This document shows, piece after piece, positions 9,231 through 19,210 of a stretch of DNA of 34,805 bases (the stretch's first letter is position 1; the number at the start of each line of letters is the position of its first letter). Below the pieces are notes generated by a model, which was given only the letters and a program-made list of their open reading frames with translations, made no database searches and was not told where the DNA came from. The stretch covers positions 1 through 34,805 of the forward strand of contig JAYTFN010000089.1 in assembly GCA_043734325.1 (NCBI GenBank). Direction: 5' to 3'. The stretch comes from Candidatus Adlerbacteria bacterium (GTDB lineage: Bacteria; Patescibacteriota; Minisyncoccia; Phycocordibacterales; SBAW01). Made by a program: the position numbers and the translations under genes.

Positions 9231-9353
9231 ACGAAGTTTATTGTTGCTCGATATCGTTTAAATGTATACCTGTTCAGTCTAACAGGATACCGTAGCGTCA
9301 CAATAGCCTTATGTGGATAGCACGTAGTACGCACCACGGGGTATATGCAAAAA

Positions 9354-9710
9354 TTATGCCGATTGAATAAACAAGGGAATATTTTTATCACCTGTATCAT
9401 TTATAGCAGGGTTAGGTTTAGGGTTAGTACAGTTTGCGTTTCCTAAAAAACTTATACACATTAACTTTAAAATACCTCCAAGCGAAAAAATTATAAAAAG
9501 TGATATAAGCCCCCACACAATAAGCTGCCTCCCTTCCTGCTGACCCTTAGGACCTGAGCTATTGCTTATATACCTGACTAATCCCCAAAAGAAAATAAGT
9601 ATGGCTATGCCCGATAATAGCCACACGAGGGAGTTCATAACTTCGACGATACCGAAGATTATAGAGCTAAACGTAGAATGGGTAGTGCCAAACATATTAA
9701 TTGCACGCAC
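9354..9710 (-). CDS. TrbC/VirB2-like pilin-family protein
   Basis: LIFFWGLVRYI..EGRQLIVWGLISLFIIFSLGG, same pattern as neighbours. Confidence 0.65.
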   Translation of the reverse strand: MRAINMFGTTHSTFSSIIFGIVEVMNSLVWLLSGIAILIFFWGLVRYISNSSGPKGQQEGRQLIVWGLISLFIIFSLGGILKLMCISFLGNANCTNPKPNPAINDTGDKNIPLFIQSA

Positions 9711-10119
9711 TCACACTTGCCGCATTTGTAGGCGAAATACTTTTAAGCGTATTTGCAATAACTTGTCCCAAGATCCACGCACCCATAAATATAAATATCC
9801 CAAGAAAGACATTAATAAGGTTGAGCCGAGCCTCTTTAAGTTTTTCCGGTTTGCCTCTTGCGTAAATGAACATGAAGCCGGCATATGCCAAAAATAATGC
9901 CGCGACCGGCATGCCAATTGCAAGTATAAAAGCCAGAATCTTCTTAATAAGACCACAAATTGAGTCTACATTAAGCGGATTCTGGATTTGAAAGCCAGAG
10001 GAAGGGTTTACTATTCCTTGTTGGCTCGCAGGGGTCTGTTGAGCAAATACCGGCAAAACTTGCGAAGCACCTAATACTAGTGCAAGTAAAAAAATATTCA
10101 CATACGCAAAGTGTCTCAT
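9697..10119 (-). CDS. TrbC/VirB2-like pilin-family protein with signal peptide
   Basis: Signal peptide ending PVFA; IQNPL..PVAALFLAYAGFMFIYARGKPEKLKEAR..; paralog of 27748-28134. Confidence 0.7.
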   Translation of the reverse strand: MRHFAYVNIFLLALVLGASQVLPVFAQQTPASQQGIVNPSSGFQIQNPLNVDSICGLIKKILAFILAIGMPVAALFLAYAGFMFIYARGKPEKLKEARLNLINVFLGIFIFMGAWILGQVIANTLKSISPTNAASVSACN

Positions 10120-11444
10120 CGTGTTTGTATTACATTCGTTTTAAGTAAAGTCTGGAGCGCTTGGTTGGCATTAAAGACAGCAGCGCTTGGTTGGGCCTTT
10201 CCGCTTATAACGGATTCTATCATGTCCTGAAAGATAATATCTGACTTCAGGGGGTCTGGGTCCAGCCAACCCCGCGAAGTGAGCGCCGCCTTTGCAAACA
10301 CGCTTTTTGCCGCGTCCTTTGACGTATCAACAGTTACATCGCGACGCACAGACGGCAAGTTTGAAAAACTAACGAGAGAGCTAATAGCAGACTTACTAGT
10401 GAGTTTTTGAGCTGCCAATAAAGCACCGCTCGCGTTTTTTGTGGTTCGTGGGATAGCAAAACCTGTTATTTGACCGAACGCAAGCGTAACTCCTGTATTC
10501 TGTATCTGTGGCATCTGCGAAATACCGAGGTGTAGATTTGGATTTCTATCTTTAAGCGTTGGATAATCGCTGGCAAAGCCGAAGTACAGCGCTAAATCTC
10601 CGGCAACAAAAGCATCTTGTGATAGTGGTAGCGAACGATTCCACGAGTAGGTAGTCTTAGTAGGGTTAGCAAATTCTGTATAAAACTGAAGGGCGGATGT
10701 GGTGGGGTTTTCATTAGCACTTGTGTTAGTGTTTTGAACTGCTCCAAGCGTTGACATGGGTTTGCCGGCCTCATTACGCAACACTATTGGGTCGCCTGCC
10801 TGCATAAAAAGCGTTGCTACAATATGTTTTGCATACAGGACATTGGACCAGCCACCAAGTGCTACAGCGCTTTTTTTAATATTTGAGCTCGCATCTAATT
10901 GAGTAAGCTTAGGCGACATTTCAAAAAAATCATTCCAAAATTCAGGCGGCTTCGAGTAACCGGCACTCGCTAAGGTAGCGCGATTCCAATACAGTACCAT
11001 CGGGTCAATGGCAAACGGCAAAGCAAGCGAGCCATCTGGCGTTAAAAAGAGCTGCGCCTCGTCAATATATGAATCGGTGTAGGTTAACTGCGATACAGCG
11101 CCGTACGGTATGACGCCTATTTTGTCGGTAAATGAGGTTATTTGGTCCTGAGAAATCATAAACAGGTCCGGACCATTCCCCGTGGCCATGGCGTTTATTA
11201 GGTCAGGTACGTAGGTTTTCGTATTTTTTTCTATATACGTCACATCCTCCATGGTTTTGTCCTTTAACCGCACGTCAGAAAGCGTTTGCTCGACAATACT
11301 CCCGTCCATAGTCCCCCACACAATCACTTTACCCACCTTGCTTGCATTAGTCACACCGCCAAATGTTGAAAAAATACCTATACCCACGAGCAATAACACC
11401 GCGAAGATAGCGAGGGACGCAAGCTGGAAGGTCGTCATTTTCAT
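10116..11444 (-). CDS. Extracellular solute-binding protein (sugar-binding ABC family 1-like), N-terminal anchor
   Basis: N-terminal TM then VIVWGT, GNGPDLF, ALPFAIDPMVLYWNR, AFVAGDLALYFG; overlaps the next pilin start by 4 bp. Confidence 0.8.
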   Translation of the reverse strand: MKMTTFQLASLAIFAVLLLVGIGIFSTFGGVTNASKVGKVIVWGTMDGSIVEQTLSDVRLKDKTMEDVTYIEKNTKTYVPDLINAMATGNGPDLFMISQDQITSFTDKIGVIPYGAVSQLTYTDSYIDEAQLFLTPDGSLALPFAIDPMVLYWNRATLASAGYSKPPEFWNDFFEMSPKLTQLDASSNIKKSAVALGGWSNVLYAKHIVATLFMQAGDPIVLRNEAGKPMSTLGAVQNTNTSANENPTTSALQFYTEFANPTKTTYSWNRSLPLSQDAFVAGDLALYFGFASDYPTLKDRNPNLHLGISQMPQIQNTGVTLAFGQITGFAIPRTTKNASGALLAAQKLTSKSAISSLVSFSNLPSVRRDVTVDTSKDAAKSVFAKAALTSRGWLDPDPLKSDIIFQDMIESVISGKAQPSAAVFNANQALQTLLKTNVIQTR

Positions 11445-11481
11445 ACTTTAGATTTTAAATATACATAAGTTGACATATATT

Positions 11482-12039
11482 TTATTTTTCGACTTTCTTT
11501 ACTTTTTTTCGTAACATAAATCCCCAGTGGAACTCTCCTGCCGGAATATCTTCCGTGTACAGTAGTCCGTTTTTCTCAAACATATCGCGCGCGGCCCCAA
11601 TGGTAATAACATGGTCTGGGTGCGGCCCCATACCGTCGTACGAGTCGCGCCAGTCTATAACTAATGCAATTCCAGTATCAGTGAGTACACGTGCAATTTC
11701 CTTTGCAAAAGCCGGCTTGTCGTCGAGCGAAAATAAAATATTTGTCGCAAGAACGACGTCGAACTTCCCCTGCGGTAAATGGCTGCCGTTTTTACTTTCA
11801 AGATTGCCTCGAACAATTTCAACGTTATGAAGCCCTTCCGCTGTTGAAATATTTTTAATTCGAGTAAGAAGATCAGGATTAATGTCGACCGCCCATACGA
11901 CACCCGTTGGGCTTACCGCACGTGCAGCTGCACGAGTAAAAAACCCCGAGCCCGCGCCGAAGTCGGCAACAAGCATACCGTCAGTCATATGCGCCGCCTC
12001 TAAAGCTTTCGCCGGATGCAAAAAAGAGCTCTCTTCCAT
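11482..12039 (-). CDS. Class I SAM-dependent methyltransferase (UbiE-like)
   Basis: VADFGAGSGFF, VWAVDIN, FDVVLATNIL, LVIDW..GPHPDH. Confidence 0.85.
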   Translation of the reverse strand: MEESSFLHPAKALEAAHMTDGMLVADFGAGSGFFTRAAARAVSPTGVVWAVDINPDLLTRIKNISTAEGLHNVEIVRGNLESKNGSHLPQGKFDVVLATNILFSLDDKPAFAKEIARVLTDTGIALVIDWRDSYDGMGPHPDHVITIGAARDMFEKNGLLYTEDIPAGEFHWGFMLRKKVKKVEK

Positions 12040-12098
12040 TACGATTTAGTATACCAGAGCTCAGGCACATATGCGGTCCCATAGTTAGGCAAATTCTA

Positions 12099-12132
12099 GT
12101 ATCACTTCTTCGCATATGCGAAAATGTGATAC
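12099..12132. repeat. Intergenic inverted repeat (terminator or operator)
   Basis: GTATCAC-TTC-TTCGCATATGCGAA-AAT-GTGATAC; 14-bp palindromic core at 12109-12122. Confidence 0.55.
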
Positions 12133-12182
12133 AAATATCAGACAACAACTTTTACACTTTTGAGGGGTCTGTCCCTCTATCG

Positions 12183-12770
12183 CTAATTCAGACCCAACTT
12201 TTCTTTCGCTTGCAGTGCGTCTTCATACACAAAGCTTTCGATTCCTAAGCCGGCAGCAACAGCTACATTTTTTTCACTATCATCAAAAAAAAGACATTCT
12301 TCGGCCTTAAGATTATTTTCCCTTAGTACCAGCTCGAAGCATCGCACGTCAGGCTTCACGTAGCCAGTTTGCCAAGAGTAATACACTTTTACAAAAAGCT
12401 CTTTAAGAAATGGAAAGTTTTTGTTGTAGTAAAAGGAGCGTTCTCTTAGATTGTTAGAAAGGATAAAAAGCTGCATACCCCGTTCCTTACATGTACGAGC
12501 AACCGCAACCATTTCGATATTTTCTTTCTCTGCAGTAAACCAAAAGTCTTCAAGTTCCTCTTCGGTTATTTCCAAATCCCAAGCGTCAAAGTACGGTTTC
12601 CAATATGAATACATACCTTCTGCTTCTGGCATTCGAACTTGAGCCATTACCTCGCTTAGTGCCGGTAAAAATATTTCTTGAGCAACACCATAAGTCTCGA
12701 AAAACCGGTCACTCAGTTTAGGCGACAAAATAAAAACCCCGTTCAAATCAAAAATCACCGCCTTTTTCAT
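12183..12770 (-). CDS. HAD-superfamily hydrolase (subfamily IA)
   Basis: VIFDLNGV (motif I variant), ILSN, KPD, FFDDSEKNV. Confidence 0.85.
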   Translation of the reverse strand: MKKAVIFDLNGVFILSPKLSDRFFETYGVAQEIFLPALSEVMAQVRMPEAEGMYSYWKPYFDAWDLEITEEELEDFWFTAEKENIEMVAVARTCKERGMQLFILSNNLRERSFYYNKNFPFLKELFVKVYYSWQTGYVKPDVRCFELVLRENNLKAEECLFFDDSEKNVAVAAGLGIESFVYEDALQAKEKLGLN

Positions 12771-12804
12771 ATGATTTTAAAATCTGTTGTTTTAATCACA
12801 GTCT

Positions 12805-15285
12805 TTACAAACACACGAAGCTTGCGATTTGGTCGCCGTCGCGGAGTTTCATTATTCGGACGCCTTGTGTGCCTCGGGACAGCGATGGGATTTCGGAGAG
12901 GTCGGTGCGAATAACTTGTCCTTTTTTGGATACAACAACTATTTCAGGAGAAATCTCAGCATCTTTTGATACAAGGCGTGCGGCGATAAGCGGGCCGGTT
13001 TTTGGTGTTACCTTAACTGTTTTAATGCCGGAGCCGCCACGATTTTGTGTTTTATATTCATCAACGGGAGTTGTTTTACCATATCCATTTCGCGATACGA
13101 CGAGCACTTCAGAGGTTGTGTCGCCCTTACGCAGTACATCTGCACCAACAATTATGTCACTTCCTGAAAGCTTCATGGCACGAACCCCGCCGGCCGTGCG
13201 TCCCATAGCGCGAATATCGCTTTCTTTAAATCGAATGGACTGTCCGGTCGAGGATGCAAGTAGAATTTCGTCACCCGGGTCAACAAATAGTGCGGAAATA
13301 AGCTCGTCACCTTTGTCCAAACGCATCGCAATGAGCCCACTGCGGCGCACATCGTGGAAGGCGGTTGCATCTACTTTTTTTGCAACTCCTTTTTTGGTAA
13401 TCATATACAAGGAACGCTGGCCTTCCTTTTCAACTTTACGCATAGGAAGGACGGACGAAATTTTTTCGCTATCCGAAATTGAAAGGAAATTCACCACAGC
13501 TTTACCTTTGGTTGATCGCTTCCCTTCAGGTAATTCGTACATTTTTATTTGATACGCTTTACCTAAGTCAGAGAAAAAGAGTAAGTCAGAATGGCTTGAA
13601 GTGGTTAGGAATGTCGTAACAAAGTCTTCTTCCTTTGTGTTGAGGTCGATAACACCCACACCACCGCGCTTCTGGTGCTTGTACTCCTCGGGGTTGGTGC
13701 GCTTTACATAACCACCGGACGTAAGCACTAACACCTGCTCTTCGTCGGGTACGAGGTCTTCGACATTGATTATTCCTGCAGCACCCTTCAATATTTTGGT
13801 CTCGCGGTCATCACCATACTTTTTAACGATGTCGGCAATTTCGGTCTTGATAACCAAAAGCATTTTTTTATCAGACTTGAGTAGATCTTCCAGTTCGGCT
13901 ATGAGTGTTTGTATTTCCGCAAGCTCGTCTTCGACTTTTTGACGCTCGAGGTTGGCAAGCTTCTGGAGTCGCATCTCGAGGATTGCGTTGGCTTGAATTT
14001 CGCTAAACTTGAACTTCTTCATCAAGTTGACGCGCGCATCTGCAACGTCTTTGGAGGCGCGGATGGTTTTAATTACTTCGTCTATATGGTCAAGCGCTTT
14101 CTTGAGGCCAATGAGGATATGTTCGCGCTCCCGTGCCCGCGTAAGATCGAACTGGGTCCTACGGCGTACAACATCGCGGCGGTGTTTGATGAACTCTTGC
14201 AAAATACTCTTGAGCGACATCGTCTGAGGAATGCCTTCAACAAGCATGACCATGTTGAAATGGAACGTGTCTTCAAGCGACGTGTGTTTATATAAAAAGT
14301 TAAGTACTTTTTGCGGTTGTGCGCCTTGTTTCAACTCCACCACAACGCGAATATCTTTTGTCGATTCGTCGCGTAGCCCGCGTATACCGTCTATTTTCTT
14401 ATCGCGCACCAAATCGGCGATACGCACTATCATGTCGGATTTGTTTACACGATATGGGATAGAGGTAATGATAATTTGAAAATCACCCTTCTTACCTTCA
14501 ACAATTTCGGCATTACCACGCACCACAACGCCGCCACGACCGGTGGTGTAGGCATGTAAAAGATCTTTTCGGTTATACGCTACGGCTCCTGTTGGAAAGT
14601 CCGGACCCGAGACAAATTCCATTAAATCTTCAACCGTTGCCTCCGGATTGTCTATAAGATGCACCAAGGCACCGGTCACTTCTCTAAGGTTGTGCGGCGG
14701 GATGTTCGTTGCCATTCCAACGGCAATACCGAGTGTACCGTTGAGTAAAATGTTTGGAAGCATTGCCGGCAACACCTCAGGCTCCTTTAAAGAGCCGTCG
14801 TAGTTTGAGCGCCAGTTAACGGTGTCCTTATCGAGGTCGCGCAAAAGTTCTTCAGCGACACGCGACATTTTTGCTTCGGTGTATCGCATAGCTGCTGCTG
14901 AGTCGCCGTCAATTGAACCAAAGTTACCTTGGCCTAAAATAAGCGGGTACCGCATCGCAAAGGTTTGCGCCATTTTAACCATGGCGTCATACACGGACGA
15001 GTCGCCGTGCGGGTGGTACTTACCCAGCACCTCTCCTACCACGGTTGCTGATTTTCGAAAACGCGAGCCGGGAGTGAGCCCCATGCGAAACATGGCGTAC
15101 AAAATACGTCGGTGTACCGGCTTTAAACCGTCGCGCACGTCAGGAAGTGCGCGCGAGGTAATAACCGACATGGCATAGTCGAGGTACGAGTCGCGCATCT
15201 CGCTGGAAATGTTGCGGCCTATAACATTCTGGTGCACTACCGCAACCTCAGTACTATCCTTTTTGTTTTTATCTTTATCTGCCAT
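12805..15285 (-). CDS. gyrA: DNA gyrase subunit A
   Basis: [31 protein letters not shown] (catalytic Tyr), GyrA-box QKRGGVG, C-terminal beta-pinwheel repeats. Confidence 0.97.
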   Translation of the reverse strand: MADKDKNKKDSTEVAVVHQNVIGRNISSEMRDSYLDYAMSVITSRALPDVRDGLKPVHRRILYAMFRMGLTPGSRFRKSATVVGEVLGKYHPHGDSSVYDAMVKMAQTFAMRYPLILGQGNFGSIDGDSAAAMRYTEAKMSRVAEELLRDLDKDTVNWRSNYDGSLKEPEVLPAMLPNILLNGTLGIAVGMATNIPPHNLREVTGALVHLIDNPEATVEDLMEFVSGPDFPTGAVAYNRKDLLHAYTTGRGGVVVRGNAEIVEGKKGDFQIIITSIPYRVNKSDMIVRIADLVRDKKIDGIRGLRDESTKDIRVVVELKQGAQPQKVLNFLYKHTSLEDTFHFNMVMLVEGIPQTMSLKSILQEFIKHRRDVVRRRTQFDLTRAREREHILIGLKKALDHIDEVIKTIRASKDVADARVNLMKKFKFSEIQANAILEMRLQKLANLERQKVEDELAEIQTLIAELEDLLKSDKKMLLVIKTEIADIVKKYGDDRETKILKGAAGIINVEDLVPDEEQVLVLTSGGYVKRTNPEEYKHQKRGGVGVIDLNTKEEDFVTTFLTTSSHSDLLFFSDLGKAYQIKMYELPEGKRSTKGKAVVNFLSISDSEKISSVLPMRKVEKEGQRSLYMITKKGVAKKVDATAFHDVRRSGLIAMRLDKGDELISALFVDPGDEILLASSTGQSIRFKESDIRAMGRTAGGVRAMKLSGSDIIVGADVLRKGDTTSEVLVVSRNGYGKTTPVDEYKTQNRGGSGIKTVKVTPKTGPLIAARLVSKDAEISPEIVVVSKKGQVIRTDLSEIPSLSRGTQGVRIMKLRDGDQIASFVCL

Positions 15286-15290
15286 ATTAT

Positions 15291-15581
15291 TTATTGTCCA
15301 CCTTGCTCTGGATTGTTAGTGTAGGTGGTTGTGGTAGAAACCTCAAGGGTGTTAGTGGAAGAATAGGTACCCAAACCGCTTATCGCATTGGAAAGTTGGG
15401 TTTCTTGAGTTGGTGAGTCACTAGCTGCAATTTGAGCGGACGGTGTTGAAACACGAACACTAAGAGTAGCAATCCACCCGACAAAAACAACCGCAGTGAC
15501 TGTCGTTGCTATTTTAACTGCGTGCTGGCGTCGATAATGCGCAGGCTGTGCATGGATGTTTTCAAGATAGCGCTTCAACAT
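15291..15581 (-). CDS. Hypothetical single-pass membrane protein
   Basis: 96 aa, one TM ([17 protein letters not shown]), Ser/Thr-rich tail; tightly co-oriented with neighbours. Confidence 0.6.
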   Translation of the reverse strand: MLKRYLENIHAQPAHYRRQHAVKIATTVTAVVFVGWIATLSVRVSTPSAQIAASDSPTQETQLSNAISGLGTYSSTNTLEVSTTTTYTNNPEQGGQ

Positions 15582-15591
15582 ACGTAAAAAT

Positions 15592-16209
15592 CTAAGATTC
15601 TATAACAATTATCTCTGCTTCCTTTCCTTCGAGCTCCTTCTTTTTTGTAGTGAGTTTCTCTATGGGCTTAACCTCTTCTGCACTTGCCTCTTTAAGAAAA
15701 GCCTTAAGCGACTCGGGCGTATAATGCATTGGAATAATCGCTTTTGGTTCGAGTCCCACTGCAAGTTTATATGCTTCGGAATGGTCAAGTACACCGTCGC
15801 CGCCCACAGGCACAAAGAGAATATCTATATCATCAAGCTCTTGTTTAGCAGCAGGAGGCAGTGTGGTTGACCCTACTGCACCTAAGAAACAAAGGTTAGT
15901 TCCTTCCAACAGCACACTATATATAGTATTAAGGTGTTCACCGCCCAGTTGTGACGGAGAACTGAAGCCGCGCACCGCTATTCCTTTGATTTCATACTCG
16001 CCCGGACCGGTTATGATAAAAGGATCTCGTTCTCCGTACTTCATATTTTCTGCACCATTAAAATCGGGATGGTCTTGTGACACCAACACGATATCTGAGC
16101 CAAACCGTACACTTTTAAGCTTTGAGTCTTTTGAGGGCGGATTAAAGGCAATGGTTAGTTCCCCCTGCGTTATTTTAAAGCACTGTCCACCAAAGTAGCT
16201 AATTACCAT
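15592..16209 (-). CDS. Metallo-beta-lactamase-fold protein with degenerate metal motif
   Basis: ISYFGGQCFKI, LVSQDHPDFN (HxHxDH variant), ITGPGEYEIKG, DILFVPVGG, IIPMHY. Confidence 0.8.
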   Translation of the reverse strand: MVISYFGGQCFKITQGELTIAFNPPSKDSKLKSVRFGSDIVLVSQDHPDFNGAENMKYGERDPFIITGPGEYEIKGIAVRGFSSPSQLGGEHLNTIYSVLLEGTNLCFLGAVGSTTLPPAAKQELDDIDILFVPVGGDGVLDHSEAYKLAVGLEPKAIIPMHYTPESLKAFLKEASAEEVKPIEKLTTKKKELEGKEAEIIVIES

Positions 16210-16259
16210 GCGAGCATTTTAACACAGTTTTTACATCTTTTCACACACCGCGGTTTCTC

Positions 16260-16288
16260 TTGACCCAACAAGCAGCAAACGGTACAGT
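16260..16288 (+). promoter_or_regulatory. Sigma70-like promoter of small ORF unit 1
   Basis: TTGACC 16260-16265, 17-nt spacer, TACAGT 16283-16288. Confidence 0.5.
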
Positions 16289-16365
16289 TTCAATGGCAGT
16301 TCCTTGTGAGCAGTTAATTAAAACCTGCTCAGGTGAATATGCCATCTCCACGCAAGGAGTACAGA

Positions 16366-16479
16366 ATGTTCAGAAAGCATCACCGGCATTACAAACGTGC
16401 AGCGGGACTAAACCCCACTGGCGGCGTCAGAGTACTGCGCCCAGAAGCAGATTTGACTCGCTATCGCATCCGAAAGTAG
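16366..16479 (+). CDS. Putative 37-aa basic peptide
   Basis: AAGGAG RBS at 16354-16359; MFRKHHRHYKRAAGLNPTGGVRVLRPEADLTRYRIRK*; upstream promoter; terminator-like GCCCC..GGGGC-TTTTTT at ~16611-16631. Confidence 0.4.
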   Translation: MFRKHHRHYKRAAGLNPTGGVRVLRPEADLTRYRIRK

Positions 16480-16697
16480 CCGGGTGCCTAGCTACTAAAA
16501 AGCCCGGGCGAGCTCTATCGTCCCGCCTACACGGAGACGACGCGCTTCAGCACATAGCGCGTCCCTCCACCCACTCGTACTTTTTATATCTATGACTATG
16601 TTTGACTTCGCCCCACACCAGGGGCTTTTTTATTTCCAAAATAACGTTTATTTACAACGCATTTTAGCTTTCAAGCAGTATAGCTATACTGTTTTGC

Positions 16698-16725
16698 TTG
16701 ACAAATATTTTACATCGTGTATAGT
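16698..16725 (+). promoter_or_regulatory. Sigma70-like promoter of small ORF unit 2
   Basis: TTGACA 16698-16703, 16-nt spacer, TATAGT 16720-16725. Confidence 0.55.
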
Positions 16726-16802
16726 ACCTTTGTTCAGCGCATGGAGCTGATCTGCCAATAGCACGGCAACGTACATTTCAACGTTCTAACAAAGGAGACT
16801 TC

Positions 16803-16916
16803 ATGCGAAGTACCACCGGTTTCTCCGCGACTCATCGCGGTTTTGAAGAGAATCATTCCGTCGGCCACACCTTCGGCATCATCAGCTCGGACGGCCGCTC
16901 GCAGCACACCAGCTGA
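16803..16916 (+). CDS. Putative 37-aa peptide
   Basis: AAAGGAG RBS 16791-16797; MRSTTGFSATHRGFEENHSVGHTFGIISSDGRSQHTS*. Confidence 0.4.
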   Translation: MRSTTGFSATHRGFEENHSVGHTFGIISSDGRSQHTS

Positions 16917-17280
16917 CCCTGGGCGCCGGAAAAAAATAGCATAGCTCATTTTGAGCTATGGGCCCTCTTGAGGAGAAATCCTCACTAAAATGGGCAACAA
17001 TCAACAAAATGGGCGTCGCTACTTAACTGTAGCGGCGCCTATACCCTTTTATGCAGAATCCCTACTTCAGCACTAGCACTTCTTTCACCTATCCCTCGAC
17101 CCTCCAAGGCTCGGGGGTTTTACTTTTTTTAAAAATGCGGTATATATAGAGCAATTGCATTTAATAGCAATAGTTCACTTGAGGCTCTGCCTTGTGTGGG
17201 CGCAGCGCGTAGAAGTAACCTTTATGCTCCCTAAGGCACACCTTACGGAATATAAAACCTCTACCGTAAAATTACATACA

Positions 17281-18423
17281 ATGACAACAGAAATAATTAC
17301 CGCCTCAGGCGGGACCCCGTCGCTAATTGTTGCAACGGAAAAGGATACACTTAACTTTTCGGTTATGGCAGACATAGCTGGTAAGAGTCAAGAACCACCT
17401 AAAGAGGGCGATATTATCGAAGGTCATGTACTCGCTCTTGACCGTGCGCGACTCTATATCGACCTGCCACCCTTCGGGACTGGAGTTATCTTTGGTCGTG
17501 AGTACATGAATGCGCGCGAAGTTATCAAACGTGTCAACGTGGGTGACCTTGTTGCCGCTAAGGTAATTTCGACCAATACAAAAGACGGCTACATTGAACT
17601 TTCTCTTAAAGAAGCGCGCCAAGCAATAGTGTGGGCCGAGGCTGAAGAAGCAGTCAAAGGAAAGAAGCCGTTTGAACTTACCGTAAAAGAGGCTAACAAG
17701 GGCGGACTTATCCTAGACTGGCAAGGCATCATGGGCTTCCTCCCCGCCTCCCAACTTAAACCTGACCATTATCCTCGCGTCACCGACGGCGACAAAGACC
17801 GTATTCTTGATGAGTTGCGCAAATTTGTCGGCACGAAACTCACTGTTTCTGTTATTTCAGCAACACCTAAAGAAGGCAAACTTATCTTCTCCGAAAAAGG
17901 TCAAGACGATACCGAGAAGCGCGAAATTATCGAACACTACCAAGTTGGCGACACGCTTGATGGCGAGGTCACCGGCATGGTCGACTTCGGAGTCTTCGTT
18001 AAGATCGAAGAAGGCCTTGAAGGGTTGGTCCACATATCCGAAATTGACTGGGGACTCGTTGATGATCCTCGACACTTCTTTAAGGTCGGCGACCAAGTGA
18101 AAGTAAAAATAATTGACATAAAAGACGGAAAGGTTTCGCTTTCAGTTAAAGCACTCAAAATGAATCCATGGCAGTCAGCCGGGGATAAATACAAAAAAGG
18201 TGATCATATTGAAGGTATCGTTATCAAGTTCAACAAACATGGGGCACTTGCTTCTATCGAGGAAGGTATAGCTGGCTTGGTACACATTTCAGAGTTCGGC
18301 TCAGAGGACAAACTTCGTGGCGCGCTTGAGCTCGGTAAGCGATACCCATTCACCATTTCCCTCTTTGATCCTAAAGAGATGCGCATGGCACTTACCTACA
18401 GCGCTCCTGAAAAGAAAGCGTAG
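17281..18423 (+). CDS. rpsA: 30S ribosomal protein S1 (four S1 domains)
   Basis: S1 repeats: EANKGGL..GFLPASQL, FGVFVKIEEGLEGLVHISEIDW, GIAGLVHISEF. ATG 17281 more plausible than TTG 17155. Confidence 0.92.
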   Translation: MTTEIITASGGTPSLIVATEKDTLNFSVMADIAGKSQEPPKEGDIIEGHVLALDRARLYIDLPPFGTGVIFGREYMNAREVIKRVNVGDLVAAKVISTNTKDGYIELSLKEARQAIVWAEAEEAVKGKKPFELTVKEANKGGLILDWQGIMGFLPASQLKPDHYPRVTDGDKDRILDELRKFVGTKLTVSVISATPKEGKLIFSEKGQDDTEKREIIEHYQVGDTLDGEVTGMVDFGVFVKIEEGLEGLVHISEIDWGLVDDPRHFFKVGDQVKVKIIDIKDGKVSLSVKALKMNPWQSAGDKYKKGDHIEGIVIKFNKHGALASIEEGIAGLVHISEFGSEDKLRGALELGKRYPFTISLFDPKEMRMALTYSAPEKKA

Positions 18424-18441
18424 TCTAAAAGTTGGACATAG

Positions 18442-18476
18442 AAAAAACTCGTCGGTCACAAGCCGGCGAGTTTTTT
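18442..18476. terminator. Bidirectional intrinsic terminator between convergent rpsA and pth
   Basis: AAAAAA-CTCGTCGG-TCACAAG-CCGGCGAG-TTTTTT. Confidence 0.8.
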
Positions 18477-18498
18477 AATGTCTATATCGAGCTATAGG

Positions 18499-19095
18499 TC
18501 AGTACTTTGAATGAATGACCATGGTAGCGTGGTCGCGCCCTTCAGTCAGAAGAAGCTTGATCGCTTCGGCGACGAGTTTTTGGACCATTTTAAGCTTTTC
18601 CTGCTCAGAAGCTTTAAATTTTCCCAGTACAAAATCGGTCACTGCCTCCGCTTCAGGTTTTTTTACTTTTCCTTTAGGTGTTACGGGTGATATTCCTATG
18701 CGAATACGTATAAAATCTTTAGTTTTGAGAGCTCTTTGAATGGAAATAATTCCATTATGCCCGCCAGCCGAACTGCCGTAGGAAAGTTTTATGCGGCCCA
18801 AAGGCATATCCAGCTCATCCTGGAGCACCACAAGCGTTTCTGCCGCTTTTGCTGTTGCAACAAGAGACGTAAGCGCACTACCAGAGTTATTCATGTACGT
18901 ATCCGGTAGGAGCAACGTGGCTTTTTTACCAAATATTTCTGCTTTTGCAGTAAGTGAATGCGCTTTTATGTCTTCTTTCCACTTCATCACACCTTCTTCC
19001 TTTGCAATAGATGCTAAAAAATCACGCCCTACATTGTGGCGCGTGCCGTCATACTCTCCTCCCGGGTTACCGAGTCCTACAAAAATCCATTGCAT
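18499..19095 (-). CDS. pth: Peptidyl-tRNA hydrolase
   Basis: VGLGNPG..TRHNVG, TYMNNSG, QDELD, GGHNG, RIRIGI. Confidence 0.95.
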   Translation of the reverse strand: MQWIFVGLGNPGGEYDGTRHNVGRDFLASIAKEEGVMKWKEDIKAHSLTAKAEIFGKKATLLLPDTYMNNSGSALTSLVATAKAAETLVVLQDELDMPLGRIKLSYGSSAGGHNGIISIQRALKTKDFIRIRIGISPVTPKGKVKKPEAEAVTDFVLGKFKASEQEKLKMVQKLVAEAIKLLLTEGRDHATMVIHSKY

Positions 19096-19210
19096 ACAAC
19101 AACCGTATCATAAGAAGAAAAAAATTTCCTTACTATGGAATACCTCCTAAATTTGTTTTTAAAAAGTAACATACTCGCTAATTCTATTACGAATGCATCA
19201 TTTTTATATT

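Noticed and set aside
12805-15285. gyrA without adjacent gyrB, or parC identity
   Set aside because: Split gyrA/gyrB is common, and the GyrA-box supports gyrase.
16260-16595. 111-aa ORF starting at TTG 16260
   Set aside because: Its start coincides with a -35 box and has no RBS; the RBS-led 37-aa ORF is more plausible.
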